Source: Catajapyx aquilonaris
Taxonomy: Eukaryota
Reading direction: 5' to 3'
DNA: 64,000 nucleotides
Assembly (NCBI GenBank): GCA_000934665.2
Contig: KZ538528.1
Span: 1 to 64,000 of the forward strand
The notes beneath the pieces are model-generated. The model was not told where the DNA came from and ran no database searches. It saw only the letters and a list, made by a program, of their open reading frames with translations. The stretch's first letter is position 1. The number at the start of each line of letters is the position of its first letter. The translations under genes and the position numbers were made by a program. This document shows positions 14,001 through 26,900 of this stretch, one piece after another.

Positions 14001-14611
14001 CCCCATTTCTGGCTGCAGCATCCCCGAGCCCCAGCACCGAAAACGCTTGTTTGTCCCGAAACATTCTATTTAACCGAAGCATTGCTTCCATTTCATTAAG
14101 TCAAATGACTTGCCATTATTCGAAATTTAAACGCAATTCCGTTATAATTTCCCCTCGAGTAACCAAGTCTGTTTCGCACTGCCAGATAGATACAGTTCTC
14201 TCTTGGATAAAAAAAAAGGGGGCAGGGTAGGGTAGGAAGGAGGGGTGGGCCAAACTGAAGGAACACCTGGGTCCAACCCCCCCTCTCTTGCAACTTGAAA
14301 AGCGTTACTAGTGGATGAGGGTCAATAGTTACGACTCATCCGGGGCTCGTTCCAGAAGGGGAAGTGAACCAGTTTTTCCCTTCTTGCATTGCATGGAGGT
14401 TGAAACCGGTCCAATAGCTCCTACATTTTAAGCAGATATGACTGTTTGTAGCAGGTTGATAATCTGAATATTAAGGATGGATGAATATGAATCGAATTGT
14501 TTATTACATTGCATAAGGCCTTCAGTTGTTAAATAATTGCTGAGTATGCGACCATCTTTCAGATGTCGCCCTATATTAATTCAGAAATTATTCAACTTGT
14601 CACGACATAAA

Positions 14612-15329
14612 GGGCCGTATTCAGAGTCGTTCGCTAATGCAGCGCAAAAGTCCACACTAACTAGTGCGACACTAGGTCCGCATTAGCGCCACACTAGTTG
14701 CTCCCATTCAGAGTCGCCTCACTGCCTGCTTAGAGGAGCGCACTAGGTTCGAACACTGCACTAGCGAGACGCGGTGTTGCCACGATTTCACAGTCAGGTT
14801 TTCGGACACCGTCTGGGCTGTAAATGGGCTTTTAAATATTGATGCATGTCTATTTCGATTTTAATACATTTTATAGACCTGAAAACACATTTTAGATAAT
14901 TAAATAATTAGTAATGACGAATTTACGCAAAAAAAAAAATCGGAGCTGGGGTCGGCGGGCGACGATCTTCATTCGTACTTCATTTAATCTTGATTTAATC
15001 CCCAGGGCGACAATCTTCATTTGTTTCCTCAGGCTGGGGAAACAAAGGAAGATTGAGCGCCAAAAATCGCTGAGCAGCAGTTTAAAAAGCTGCTAAGTTA
15101 TTTTCAAACTACCGCCACTGCCTAGTTCGATCTTAGTTCGACGCAAAAGAAGGGGGTCCCCTTCACTAAGTTTTGCCTTAGTGCACCGCTTTAGCAGGAT
15201 CGCATTAAGTCCGCACTAGGCCCGAACTAGGCCTAAAGCGCGACTCTGAATGCGACTTTTCTTAGTGAACTGGGTCACGTGGTTTAAAGCACTGCACTCA
15301 CTGCTCGTTGTTGACTCTGAATACGGGCC
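14612..15329. mobile_element. Non-autonomous PIF/Harbinger (Tourist-like) MITE, 718 bp
   Basis: 17-bp terminal inverted repeats GGGCCGTATTCAGAGTC / GACTCTGAATACGGGCC (16/17). AAA on both flanks is a possible 3-bp target duplication. Inner 13-bp perfect inverted copies at 14705-14717 and 15240-15252, many CACTAG/CTAG sub-repeats, no transposase ORF. Superfamily inferred from the GGGCC-type terminus and 3-bp AT-rich duplication. Confidence 0.8.
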
Positions 15330-18300
15330 AAAATGTTTGAATCGCTTCACTTTAAAATCACTTATGAGTGCCCAGTGGCAACAAAATCTCCTTTCCCTTC
15401 AACCATGGGCAGCATTCACAGAGCTAGGACCGACCCTGCCTATTTTATCTATCTCACCAGGATCCACGTAATCTAAGAATCACTCTAAAACTGCTATCCC
15501 CCCTCCTCCTGCATTTTGTCACCATTAAATCGCGCCCTTACTACGAGGTGTGAACTTTGATCTTCCCCTAATAAAAAATAACGGCCAATATGTTTGTGGG
15601 GAGGCTGCAGGGAGGGGGCTATGCTCCTCTTCCTTCCCCAAACAAACGCTTTCACCATTTTATCGGTGTGATTCCTGCTCCCGGCTCGACTAGAAAACCC
15701 CCCCTAACAGTAGAAAGGACCCCCCCCCCCTCCATCCAACTGAGGGCAAACAGAATCGGCTACAAATTTCAACAATCCAATATTGGGCAAGGGGAGTCGC
15801 AGCAGCGAAACATTTGCCTCGCTGGAAAACCGGGAGACGGGATGTTGGAAAGCCATCCCGGAGGATTTTTTGGGGAAGAGGAAAAAAGGGGGGGATGGGA
15901 TAGGCCCAAGTAGAAAGAATAGCCCTACACTTTTTTTTTCTCTTGTTTCGTACCCCCCTGCTTTTCTCCTCTTTTTTTTCACTCTGATCGATCCCACAGA
16001 GTCGTCTTCATTTAGGGGACCGCCGTATTTACACTGGGTGCTGACGTCCCTTTTCTTTACAACCTTCCAATCTGTTGCTTGCCTTGCTCCCAAAGCGATA
16101 CCTGATTTCCCAGACGGTTTATTGGAAGGGAAGAGTGTTGAGGAGGAACTGGCGCCAGATAACGTCATAAAACGGTGCTCAAAATATGTGAGTTTCTCGT
16201 GAGTTCACATGAGACACCTGTTTTTTTGACGGGCAACAAGTGCTTTCCACCTGTTTCATACAGAGCTCTGCAGGTGTGCGACATTTGGGAATGATTCCCC
16301 CACCAGCCCCCACTTTATTGGATTCCTTTCCTCCACCTAGAATGAAACAAAAAAACTTCCTATTCCCTCGACTAAAACACTGGGGCCTGATGCAAACTAC
16401 ACCTTGTTTCCAAGATTGATCCTGTCCGTTCGCTCTTCTGTTCAAACTGCGGCTTCTCCCTTCCGCGTTAATTAATCTGAAGCACCACTTTCGCCAACTC
16501 ACTCTTTTTACCAGACCATTTCGAGTAAGGAAACCGCTCTGCGAAAAATATATATCGCACAGTCACCCTGAAAAATGCTCGTAATCACTCAACCCACTGC
16601 TTTCAAAAAAAAATTCGGGCGGTCTTCCTTCATGGGAGCTATTGCGGTGTACTGCATTCGGTTTCTTCTTTGGGGGGGGTGGGGGNGGGGAGTGGAGTGA
16701 GAGAAAAAGAGAAGAAGAAAAAAAAGAGAGAGTCGATGGGGGACTTGAGGTGTTTTGCAGACGAAAGGAGGGGCGCTTGGTAAGGAATGATGCCGCCTTG
16801 CTCGCGCCCAAAATGGAAGAAAAATCGATGCCCGAGGGAAGTTTAGGGGGGAGAAAAGATAGCAAAAGGCGGGTCCTTCCCAGTAATGGAAGCCGCGTGT
16901 CTATCAACATACTTCCTGCCATGTTTTGAAAATTTGGAAGGGAGTCAAACCAGACAAATTACATGCCGCGTCAGTTTGTATGAAATTCAGCACATCAGCA
17001 GTGTATATAGTTGCAGAGTCAGAAGATGGCAAACCAGCGAAAACCCAGTGCACTTAAGGGGGTTGTCAGCATTTGTTGTTTCTCCTTCCGACGCAGTGCC
17101 AGCAGCAGCCTGGTGTCGCGGCGGCAACGGTCGGGGAGGGGGATGATTAAAATTTAAAACGTGTTAGCCTGGTGGGTAAGGCAGCAGCAGCAAGAGAGCA
17201 GAGAGAGGTGGGGGGTAAATCAAGGTGCGAGAATCCGTTGCAGTTGAGCCGCGGGGGCCTCCCAAATCCATGGGAACTCGCTCCCCTGAATTTCACCTCA
17301 AGTCTCCAAAGTCGAAGCGCGTGGGAAAACACTGCAAACAATCTGGGAAATAAACGGGGCCCCACGGCCTACAAGTGTGTGGGGACTGGCGCTATACACA
17401 CCAAAAGTTCAGATTCGACACTATATAGAGAGAGAAAAAAAAGAAAGAAAGAAAGAAGAGAGCGGGTTGTGTTCAGTCGATCGGTATTGATACGTATCGA
17501 CCCAGCATCCGCACAGGATCCGCATCCAGACGTGAAAGGCACACAAGGCTTGCTCGGTTGCACACCGATCGGGCTCAAACTGCGCAAATAGCTGTTGGTT
17601 GTTGAGATTACTAGATGGTGTGAAATAGGGCCTAATTACATGCAATGTAAAGTACTCATTAGCATGTAAAGGATGATTCGTGGGGCGCTATCCTTTACGG
17701 GGGAAGCCACGTGTGTTGTACTGAAAATCAACTGCAATTTATGGAAGCATCTATTCATACATGATATAATTATTAATAGCTGGTTAAAATTTGGATACTA
17801 ATTTAATTGCGCCTTTCACGCCAAATATAATGCAATGATCAAGAAAACCGTAAACAGATATTTCTTGTTGCAAATTTCAAGTCCTATAAAGTTCAAGTAA
17901 GCCTTATAGGAGAAGCCAGTGTTTCTCGAACTGAAGTCATCGAATAATGCGATCGCTGCTCGAGGGTTTGTTTTAGTAATGAGTGATTATGTATAAAAAT
18001 TGAAAATTGTGATCACAGGTAAATTGAGCTTACATTGAGGAGAGTTTAGCTGGCACGCTGAACGTGGACAAAAGCTGTGTGTCGTCAAGTGAAAAGTGTG
18101 CCCATGATGGGACATTCTTCCTGAACTCGGAACGGTTATAGTTGGCCCCGAGAATAGGCTTGTGCCCCGTATCCCCCTCCATTACCCACCAAAAAAGGAG
18201 CCCAGGGCAGGACCCTGGTTTCCGTCAAACTGCGGGTATAAAACTGACAGGGCTCCCCGTGCTGAAAATTTAATTCAATCACCTGTGATATCACGGGAGA

Positions 18301-20851
18301 TGACTTCGCCTGCCGAAGACTTCATCTTCATCCCAGCCCAGAAACAGCAGAGCCCCGTCGCCTTCCACTTTCTAATTTGCCTAATTAGCGACGTTTCAAG
18401 CCGATCTAATAGCCCTTATTTTTTTATACCTGAGGTGTTGCTATAAACATGTCAAGGAAGGAAGGGTTTTGGTAGAAGTCGTTACTTGGCGCCCGTATCT
18501 CCGCCTAATTGAAACTGATTATGAACTTTCACCTGCTTCCCTTACCAGGGATCTAAAAAAAGTAACCCTTCCATCTACCCAAGTTGATCCTCGACGGCAT
18601 GAAGGGAATTAGTGGTTCTTACCCAGGTTATTTTTTTACAACCTTCCCTGGAGGTGTCTAGAGGTTTTCGCCGAGTTTCTCTCTTTTTATGCGATATGTT
18701 TTGTGAGAGCCCAGTGTCAACATGGGGGCTCCAACATTTTAATTAATTCCCCGGGATATGAAAAAAAACCGCGCTCATTTACCGGATTGAAACTGCATTT
18801 GATCTATTTGAATAATCTGGCTGCTGGGAAATGAAGGAGAGCACAAATTTTTGGCGAATGGGTTTTATTCTGCTGTTTAAAAAAAACTGAGGCTAAGTAG
18901 ACTTCGAGGAAATATTTGACAGCATTGTTTGATGTTATAAGGTGTATCTCATTACTTTATTGCAATCCCAGCAGTGTCTGTGCACTGTAAGTTTGTCAAA
19001 TGAGACTTGGCTTGGCACGTTTTTCGTGTCCCGCCCACCACCTCTTTGTGGCAAACCCAACTCTGCCAAGCCGCAAATGTCCCCGCGGCATCCCTCGACA
19101 ATCCAGAAAATGGAGTCTCACAGCGGCTCATCTTTACCACCACAGCACAGACCAAAACTCAGGCTCGTGTGTCAAGGATACCATTAAGTGTACAGAAAAA
19201 TATAACGAAGAGTCACGTACCTTTTGGTCATCCACATCTATAGCAGCATCCTGCAAATAGAAAGAATGTTATTGATTAGATCTGATGCCAAATGCACCTG
19301 CAGCATGTATACACAAAGCTGACCTGGCAACCACTCAATTTTTTTTCGGTTGTGAGCCCTGCGACCAGAACTTGTCCACCGCCTTGTCACGGTGACAACT
19401 CCCCCGACCGCAAACTTCATGCGACAAATAGGATTGGCAAGTGTCATCCGATTAGCGAACAAAATCGGAATTAAAGCAGATTATATTCGCGTATGGAACC
19501 GAGACAGAAGTTACTGCACATGTGCACACATAACGAGCAGGAGAAAAAAAAAATTCAGTTAAAAAACACAGAGGGTAGAGATGTCAGTGTTTGGACCACA
19601 TTAGCCAGAAAGGAATTAGAGTTTCGTCATCCTGTCAGCTCAGATACGACGAGGTGATTGCCCCACAATTGTGGAAATGAACGTGCATGTCAGTATTTAC
19701 CCTCTTTTTGCAAGGGGGGATGTTATCTTTTGGCCAGTGACGTTTAGTCGTCCCGCATAAAGGACAAGCCCCCTCCAAAAAAATTTGGCATGATGCACTA
19801 CTGTCCCGTATGAATACAAATTCCNNNNNNNNNNGTGCCCCCCCCCCCCCTGAACCATTGTCACACACTGTATGAATATCGTTGCTTAATGATACACACG
19901 CGGCTCGTTGTAACCCGGATTTTCAAGTGGCAGGGGGCAATTGACGCCCAAATGCCGGGCGTAAATATCATCAAAAACGGGGGAGGAATGTGGGCATGTT
20001 TAAATCCTTCAGCTATTTACAGGGTGGTTCGGCCCCAATTTGCATGAATACGCCCAATCTGGCATATAATAATTGGGCTTGGATGCAATAAATTTTACTA
20101 AAATATGTTGTATAAGGCGGACGATAATATTAAAATTTAACCCGCAGTATGACTTCGGAACTTGGCACTGTAGGACAACAGCCAGGGAAGGGTTCGAAAT
20201 GATAACAAGCCAGAATCTTTCCTGACATATACCGCACAAAAGCCTGCAAAGTATTTGCATAATGGACACCGCTGTCTTGTTTATACGCCCATATCGACTT
20301 CCATAATAACTGCAAATTAATGGGACAATGTCATGCGCCATCCCAAACCACCCCGTGAAATTACCTTTGTGACAAGGGAGACGAGAGAAAGAGAGAGAGA
20401 GGCCTCCTCCCCCCGTTCTAAAGCTCAGGGAAAAAGAGCCTCGCACAATAGGCTAACTAAATTTGCAGTCCTCGTGTTCTTATTAAACCGTCTGAATTAA
20501 AACGTCGGGCCTAATACACACCGACGTTTTCCCCCTAGAAATCGAATGAAAAACTAATGCAGGTTGCCAATATTATACTATAAATGGTGGTCAAGAGGTA
20601 CACTATTTGAACCTCCTGAAAAAAAGGCTCGCGTGTTTTACATGCCACACCTACATTATAATAACGTCCCAACAGAACGACTCTCATTACGGACTGTCTG
20701 ACTCGGTTTTTTTTTTTTTTTTGGGGGGGGGGGGTGGAGTGCACAGGGTTCATTTGGATACCTTGCACCAGACTTGAGGAATGTGGAGGGGAAATTGCAT
20801 GTAACTATTTTCCGGTATGGGCCCGCGGTTTTGCAGTTACGAGCTTTAATT

Positions 20852-21088
20852 GGACTGTGTTATGCAATAATGAATCAACCCACATGAGAACAGTTTTGTA
20901 AAAAAAAGGATTTGAAGGTCACACCTGTCAGTGTTCTTTTCGGTCATTTATGGCAGAAGTATGCAGATTTCACCAGCGTGATTTTAACTGAATTAAGTAG
21001 GTTCCTTTAGGACTATGTTCCTGGGCTCCAACTGACTCAATTTTTTAAACATATTTGTGGGTTGACCCATTATTACACAATACCGTCC
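20852..21088 (+). mobile_element. MITE family A copy 1 (Sola1-like, AATT target duplication)
   Basis: AATT|GGACTGTGTTATGCAATAATGAATCAACCCACA ... TGTGGGTTGACCCATTATTACACAATACCGTCC|AATT. Imperfect inverted termini of about 33 bp; body homologous to 35387-35617 and 47434-47626. Confidence 0.88.
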
Positions 21089-22157
21089 AATTGTCTATTT
21101 GCTGCCTGTTTGCGAGGTTATACGTTGATTTTAGGATTTCAACCTGCATGCACAGTACTATGCTGGTGTGATCTGCTCTCAGCTTTAAAAGAAAAAATCG
21201 TCTCCAGCGTCCTTCCATTACATGTTGCTACTATTTGCCTAGCAAACACTTTGGTTGCTCTTGCATTGCCGGTGAAAGACAAAGAAGAAAGCGAAAGGTT
21301 TCAGACGGCGGACACGTTCTATACTCGTCGTCGTCGTCTCTCTCTGGGTCCGCTTCTTCAGAGCAGCACCGGAGCAAATACTCGAGCTTAAGTAGTCCGA
21401 GATGAAGACGGAGGAGTTAATTACGCTCCAGGTTTATGAAATTTGCAGCCGACGGCGACGATTCAAGCTGCTGCTTGCTGCCCACTCGCGTTTCAGCTTA
21501 AGTGGATCAAAAGACGCTGATCACACATTTTGGGAGGACAATTGTGCCGTACACATGCGGACTATACACACACCGAAAAATTGCGCTATTTTTGCCTCCA
21601 GAAAAAAAGCGGAGGAAGTGGAACTGCAGGACGCACAAAAGCAACTTGGCATCAATCCGGCTTCTGCTAATATCGCGCGCAATTTACTGAACTAGTTCTC
21701 CGGAGGAAACCTTATCGCGGACCTCGAATTCTCTCTCGACTTGCTCAAACTGCTCTGGCCTTTCACAGTTTTCGTTTCCAAGAAGAAAAGCAAGTTGCAG
21801 AAAAATAAGAATATTGGCGAGACAAGATGGCGCCAATGGAGCACTTTCTCTTCTCTCTTTTTATATATATTTTTTCCGAGAGAGAGAGAAAAAAGTGAGA
21901 CCAAGCAGGTTACGTATTCCGAGTATTCGTGTTGACATTTGCAACAGATGGCGTCGGGCATTTGCCGCTTTGTATTCCAGGCTTGTGTCTAGGGCGGTGG
22001 AGGGAAGAGGGTGGGTGGGTGGAGAGGTAGATAAAAGATAAATCGATTGCTGGTTCAATTAGCGGGCCCAATGAAAGGGTGAAAAATGGAAGACGTGGAA
22101 ATTTGGAAGGCGGAAATGGCCCTTCAGGCGGGGGGGAATGAGAGAGGCAGAAATATA

Positions 22158-22402
22158 CAGGGTGTTTCAGCTAACATTATCGCTTCTGAGATGGTATTTT
22201 TTCTGCCAAAATTATCTACCAGAAATCTGACTTAACCATTAGCTCAATTTTGACCGAAGCTTATGTTGCAAGTGATTAGGCCCATGCCGACCCGAACCAA
22301 TAGCCCCGAATATTTCCCCCGAACAAATCAGGCGGCAACCTTCCTCGCATTATTGGGTTCGAAGCACGCAATATTGGATCCTCCTTTTGTCGAAACACCC
22401 TG
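22158..22402. mobile_element. Tc1/mariner-type MITE, 245 bp
   Basis: TA|CAGGGTGTTTC ... GAAACACCCTG|TA: 11-bp perfect inverted termini with TA duplication; three internal CCCGAA motifs. Confidence 0.62.
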
Positions 22403-23448
22403 TACGTCCCATCTTTTTTTTCTCTCTCTCTCTCTCCCCACCTAAACCCTGGCATCGACTTTCCCTTTCAAATCGCCAACATGTGTCTGCCATCCCCCCC
22501 TGCTTTCCAGCCTTTCACTCCCCCCTCTAGGTTTTTTTTTCCGTCCCTCGACCCCGTTTGCTCTAAATTCTACCGTTTGACTGCAGTGCCATGGCGACAA
22601 AGACCATTCCTCGGCACAATCGAGCCGGTATTGATCACCTGCCAAATAGACACAAAGCCAGATAGCGCAACCTATTCCCAGTAGGCAGACTCCGCATCCC
22701 CCAGTTTCAATCCCCTGGACCAAACCTCCCCCACCCATCCACCCCCATGCCAATACCGTGTGTGCACGTGCACCCCCGTGTAGTAATCGTTGTGTGATTT
22801 TGAGTAAGGGACAAGACTGCTGGTTACAGGGCCGTCACGTCATGTTCCCAGGGCGGTCGTGAATTTAGGAGCTTCCAACGACACCGACCCGGGACGACGT
22901 ACCGTAATTTATGCAGTGTAAACGATTAGAGAACCTCTCCATCCCCCACACGCACCGTCCTGGCTTTAAACGTGCATAATTTCATCCCATTATGGCCAGG
23001 ACGGACCTTAAGACGAATTGCCAAATATTGCGGAAGGTAGCGAATATTCAAATTCACATCAATAGCTGTGCTATGCATTCCCATTATCTCTGTGAGCACA
23101 CACTCACATCCAGCAATTTGCTTCCCCGCACGAGCAAGCCCTGTCGCGTCGGTGCACGTGTGACAAAATCAGAGGCCCGCTTTGGTGATTCGCCTTGGCG
23201 TTTTGCGTGCACACTTCCCCCCCCCCCCCTCTCTCTCCCTCTGATGCCATTTCCGATGAGTCGATGCACGTCTGTATCGCTTAGCCGGTTCGGTTTGATC
23301 CCTGTCATTTTCAATCCCGCACCATCACATGCCATTACAGGGGACCCCATGCCAGGGAAAGATCGAATGGACCCCCCTCAAAATGGAGCCAGTCCCTAAA
23401 AGCTGCACCACTATTTTCTTTTATTTTTGATTATTTCATTTATCTGTA

Positions 23449-23684
23449 CAGGGTGGTCCAAATTCGAGGGTCTTTTTTTTAAAAAAATAACTGATATAGC
23501 CCAATAGTAGTCTTTTTTTGTAGCTTGTTGTATCCCTAACCACAGGTTTCCCATTCTATAGAAACTGCTATATTGACCCCCTGGGAGTCGAATACTGGTT
23601 AGGGGCACAACAGGCTACAAAAAATAATGACTATCTGGTAATATCAGTACTAAAAAAAACAACCCACGAATTTAGACCACCCTG
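23449..23684. mobile_element. Tc1/mariner-type fold-back MITE, 236 bp
   Basis: TA|CAGGGTGGTCCAAATTCG ... CGAATTTAGACCACCCTG|TA (17/18 terminal match). Imperfect inverted similarity continues for roughly 90 bp (e.g. TTTTTGTAGCTTGTTGTATCCCTAACCA vs TGGTTAGGGGCACAACAGGCTACAAAAA). Confidence 0.9.
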
Positions 23685-23691
23685 TATACGG

Positions 23692-23977
23692 TACCTATTA
23701 ATCCGCTTATTCTCTCTGTCCGCAAGTTTGTCCTTGCTTGTTGACTCATCGTCTTAATTTTCACTTTCCCCGTTCAACAAGGAAAGTGCATGTACGAGTC
23801 GTATATCGGTCAAGAGGGTGGGACCCACTTCAATGGAGGCGAGATACGTTCTGATAGGCTTTGGCCGCGCGGTGACTCATCACCAACGTGCATGTAGTAC
23901 TACTTTCCTCTTGAGTGTGGCAGTAGCATGCAGAGGGAGAGCCTATGCGACAACTGGTAGTGACCTATAGTATTACA
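23692..23977 (-). repeat. Dispersed repeat B copy 1 (possible LTR-retrotransposon-derived sequence)
   Basis: Reverse-complement homology to about 36584-36848 and 37097-37120, including a perfect 37-bp match (23871-23907 vs 36654-36690). Ends approximate; a gap at 24003-24014 follows. Confidence 0.85.
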
Positions 23978-26900
23978 CGCAGGAGGTGGGGGGGGGGGGC
24001 GGNNNNNNNNNNNNAATATTGGCAACGAGTTCGCTACTAGTTTAAATTATTTGCCCAGTTTATTTTTCTTTGTCCGTTGTACGCATCGATTTTAATTTCG
24101 AATGTTTCGTGAGTTGAGTCCTTCAACAGCGACGAAAGACCCGAATCGTATCGCCCATGTGAACCGATCCAACAGCAGCAACGACAATGCGTATAAACGC
24201 CCACATATACACACCGACCGGGCTCTTCCCCCCGTTCGAGTTCTTGCGATGCCGTCCGCAGCTTCCTTTGCATTGTAATTTAACGCGGTAGACCAGAAAG
24301 CCCCGTGGTCGGTCATAAATATTACATTAAGTTCGTCCGGTCGATTCCCCGACATTGGCAACTGGAGGAAACTGCTGGGACTCTGCTGGGTGGAAGAAGG
24401 GGGAGGAGGGGAGATCCTCATTAAGGAAATGCCTGATTCCAGCTCCGTCCCAAATCCTCATTCGTCCTGCTTACGCATCCCGCAGAAGCCCCCCGCAAAA
24501 CACTTGGGACCCAGAGCCCCACGTTGCGAGGCCTAATGGAGCTAGACTTACCCTCTGCAAGTCAACCAACACCCTCAGGCGGCAGGACATCTCCTATTCT
24601 TTTCTCTGCCCCCCTCTACCCACCTACTCTCAGCATCAAATGTATAGCAAGAAACACTAGGTTCATCTGCTTCCTATTGTTGCAACAGTGTCGCATTATT
24701 GGTGGCTGCAGCCATTTTGATTTTAATTAGTACAAATTTTATTGCCAGTTTCAGAGCAGCGCCAAGCAAGCTGGCTGTCAGCTGCTCAACAGCGCGAAAT
24801 AATAGTGCGTTTAAAACGCACAATGGTTGTATAATGCGGTACTGATCGCCTAACCATAGCTGACATTACCGAGATCGACTTTCCACTAAAACCTGCATAC
24901 TTAATGGAGTGAAACTCGACGGACACCACCGGCATGCTCGTGACAATAATTCTATCCGATGTCACGTACAGGGTGGTGCACTGTCCACAATCACATTTAT
25001 AGAAAAGTTAAAGCTCTGATATCTCTGACAATGCATAACCGACACACTATGGCCTCAGTTTTCCACCGTCGAATAAAACGCATCCTGAAAAAGCGATTTG
25101 AAAATTGGCGTTAACAACAACCGGGGGGGCTGATTTCCTCTTAAATTCATAACGAAGCGTGTTGGGGAGGTATAGTTTGTGCTAATTCCTGGTTTTGTGT
25201 GTCGAGTGCCAATGGAGTGTGGCCACCGGGTAATTAAGATGTTTGACATCAAATGCGCTGCGAATCAAAGCGGACAATGAAGAGGATGGGAGGGGGGGGA
25301 CCGATGACAAATAACTGGAATAATCGGGTCTGGCGGGGACCTTTTTTTTTACATATTCCTCCCCTCCCCCCATCCCACTCCACACCCCCTTTGCTCCGAC
25401 ATCCTCCCCAGCTAATGTGTCGGCTTCACGTCATTTCCCTCTAATTACTATCGGCACATGTGAGAGTGCATTGTGCCGTCCGTTATCTCCATTTTAATAG
25501 GGTCCAAAACTCTCGTCAATCTCGCCTCGACACTTTTTTTTCCGGGTTGCCAACAAGCACGTGTGTGTGGACCGTCATGAAAAAAAAGCCATTAAAAACC
25601 GACTGAGAATGCTCAATGAAGCCGTGTCGCCATTTGCATTTTTATTGCTTCTGAGAAATCTCTATAGGACTGGGGGGTCCAATCCCGGGCACAGTTCATG
25701 ATTAATTAGGGTTTTGCAACGCTTGGCTTGCAACTCGATGGCAACAGCGCTATACCATCCCTCCCCCAATTATATACTTCACCTGTAACCGGGAGAGTTA
25801 ATCCGTCGACAACTGCAAACCTCCAGCAACTCCTCTCCAACTCCTCACCTATATAGTATATACGGTTAGAAGCAAAAGCAAGGCCCCGGGTTTTCCTGCC
25901 GTGGCTTCCTAACTTCTTATTAAAACCCCATGGGCGACTTTTATTACGACCCAGTTGATTCCAAATTTGTTGGCGGCGTGTTCCGGGCTTAATCTGCCTT
26001 GTATCCCCCCCCCCTCTCCCTACAAGCCTCCGATGTTTGAGGCCCAACTGTGCCGGCTAGAGAAAGAGCCCGGGCCTCCAAAATTCCATTTTGTTCTTTG
26101 CACCATGACGACGACGGCAAGGCGGAGGATGCGACGACTTATCGATTCTTTGATGTGGCTGTACCCGCAGTCACATTTTTGGGCGGAAAAAACACAGAAA
26201 TGGAAGGAAAAAAAAAGTCAAGATTGTTATGTATGAAGGAAACTTACCAAATCCGGTCGTTGCGGAAATTATTCCTCTTTTTTTTGCCTTTGGGAGAGGC
26301 AATATAATAAGAGCTAGGTTGGTTTGTGGGGGTAGAGGGACACACTAATGCACTCTACAGTCTGTATTAAAGATTTAGGAGGGTCGGGAGTGGGTTTGCA
26401 CACACAACATGGATCGGTCGACCCTGATACAAACGCTTCATTCGGCCGTTCGGTTATATTTGTGACAAGAAAATTGCACATATAACAGTTTTGGGCTGCA
26501 TCGATTCAAATTAAAAGAAAATATCTGCGTACGAATTGTGATTACGTATGCTAATGATGGATTGATCTTCATTTGCATTTGTACTGTATATACAACAGCG
26601 TGAATTCGGAGAGCGATTAGTTAGTTAGTTACACGGATTGCGACAAGTAGGCTCGTTCCATATCCGTGATATTATGTACATAATTTTGATATTAAAATAT
26701 GTACGTATTAAGCGTTGGCCGGAAGTTACTGTCTACCCTGCATTCTAGTGCATAGCTGTATAAATTACTGGCCATTTGAAGTAGCAATTTTGTGTAGCTA
26801 CATGGAAGGGGATTGGTTCCAATTCCGTTCTGTCAAAAATGTGCTGGTCGGGCTATGCGCGTTCACTCTTCATTAATTTTCTGACATTAAATGCAGCGTA

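Noticed and set aside
17421..17507. TATA-like TATATAG plus Inr-like TCAGTC as a core promoter
   Set aside because: The TATA-like motif is about 53 nt upstream of the Inr rather than about 30, and there is no DPE match at +28 to +33.
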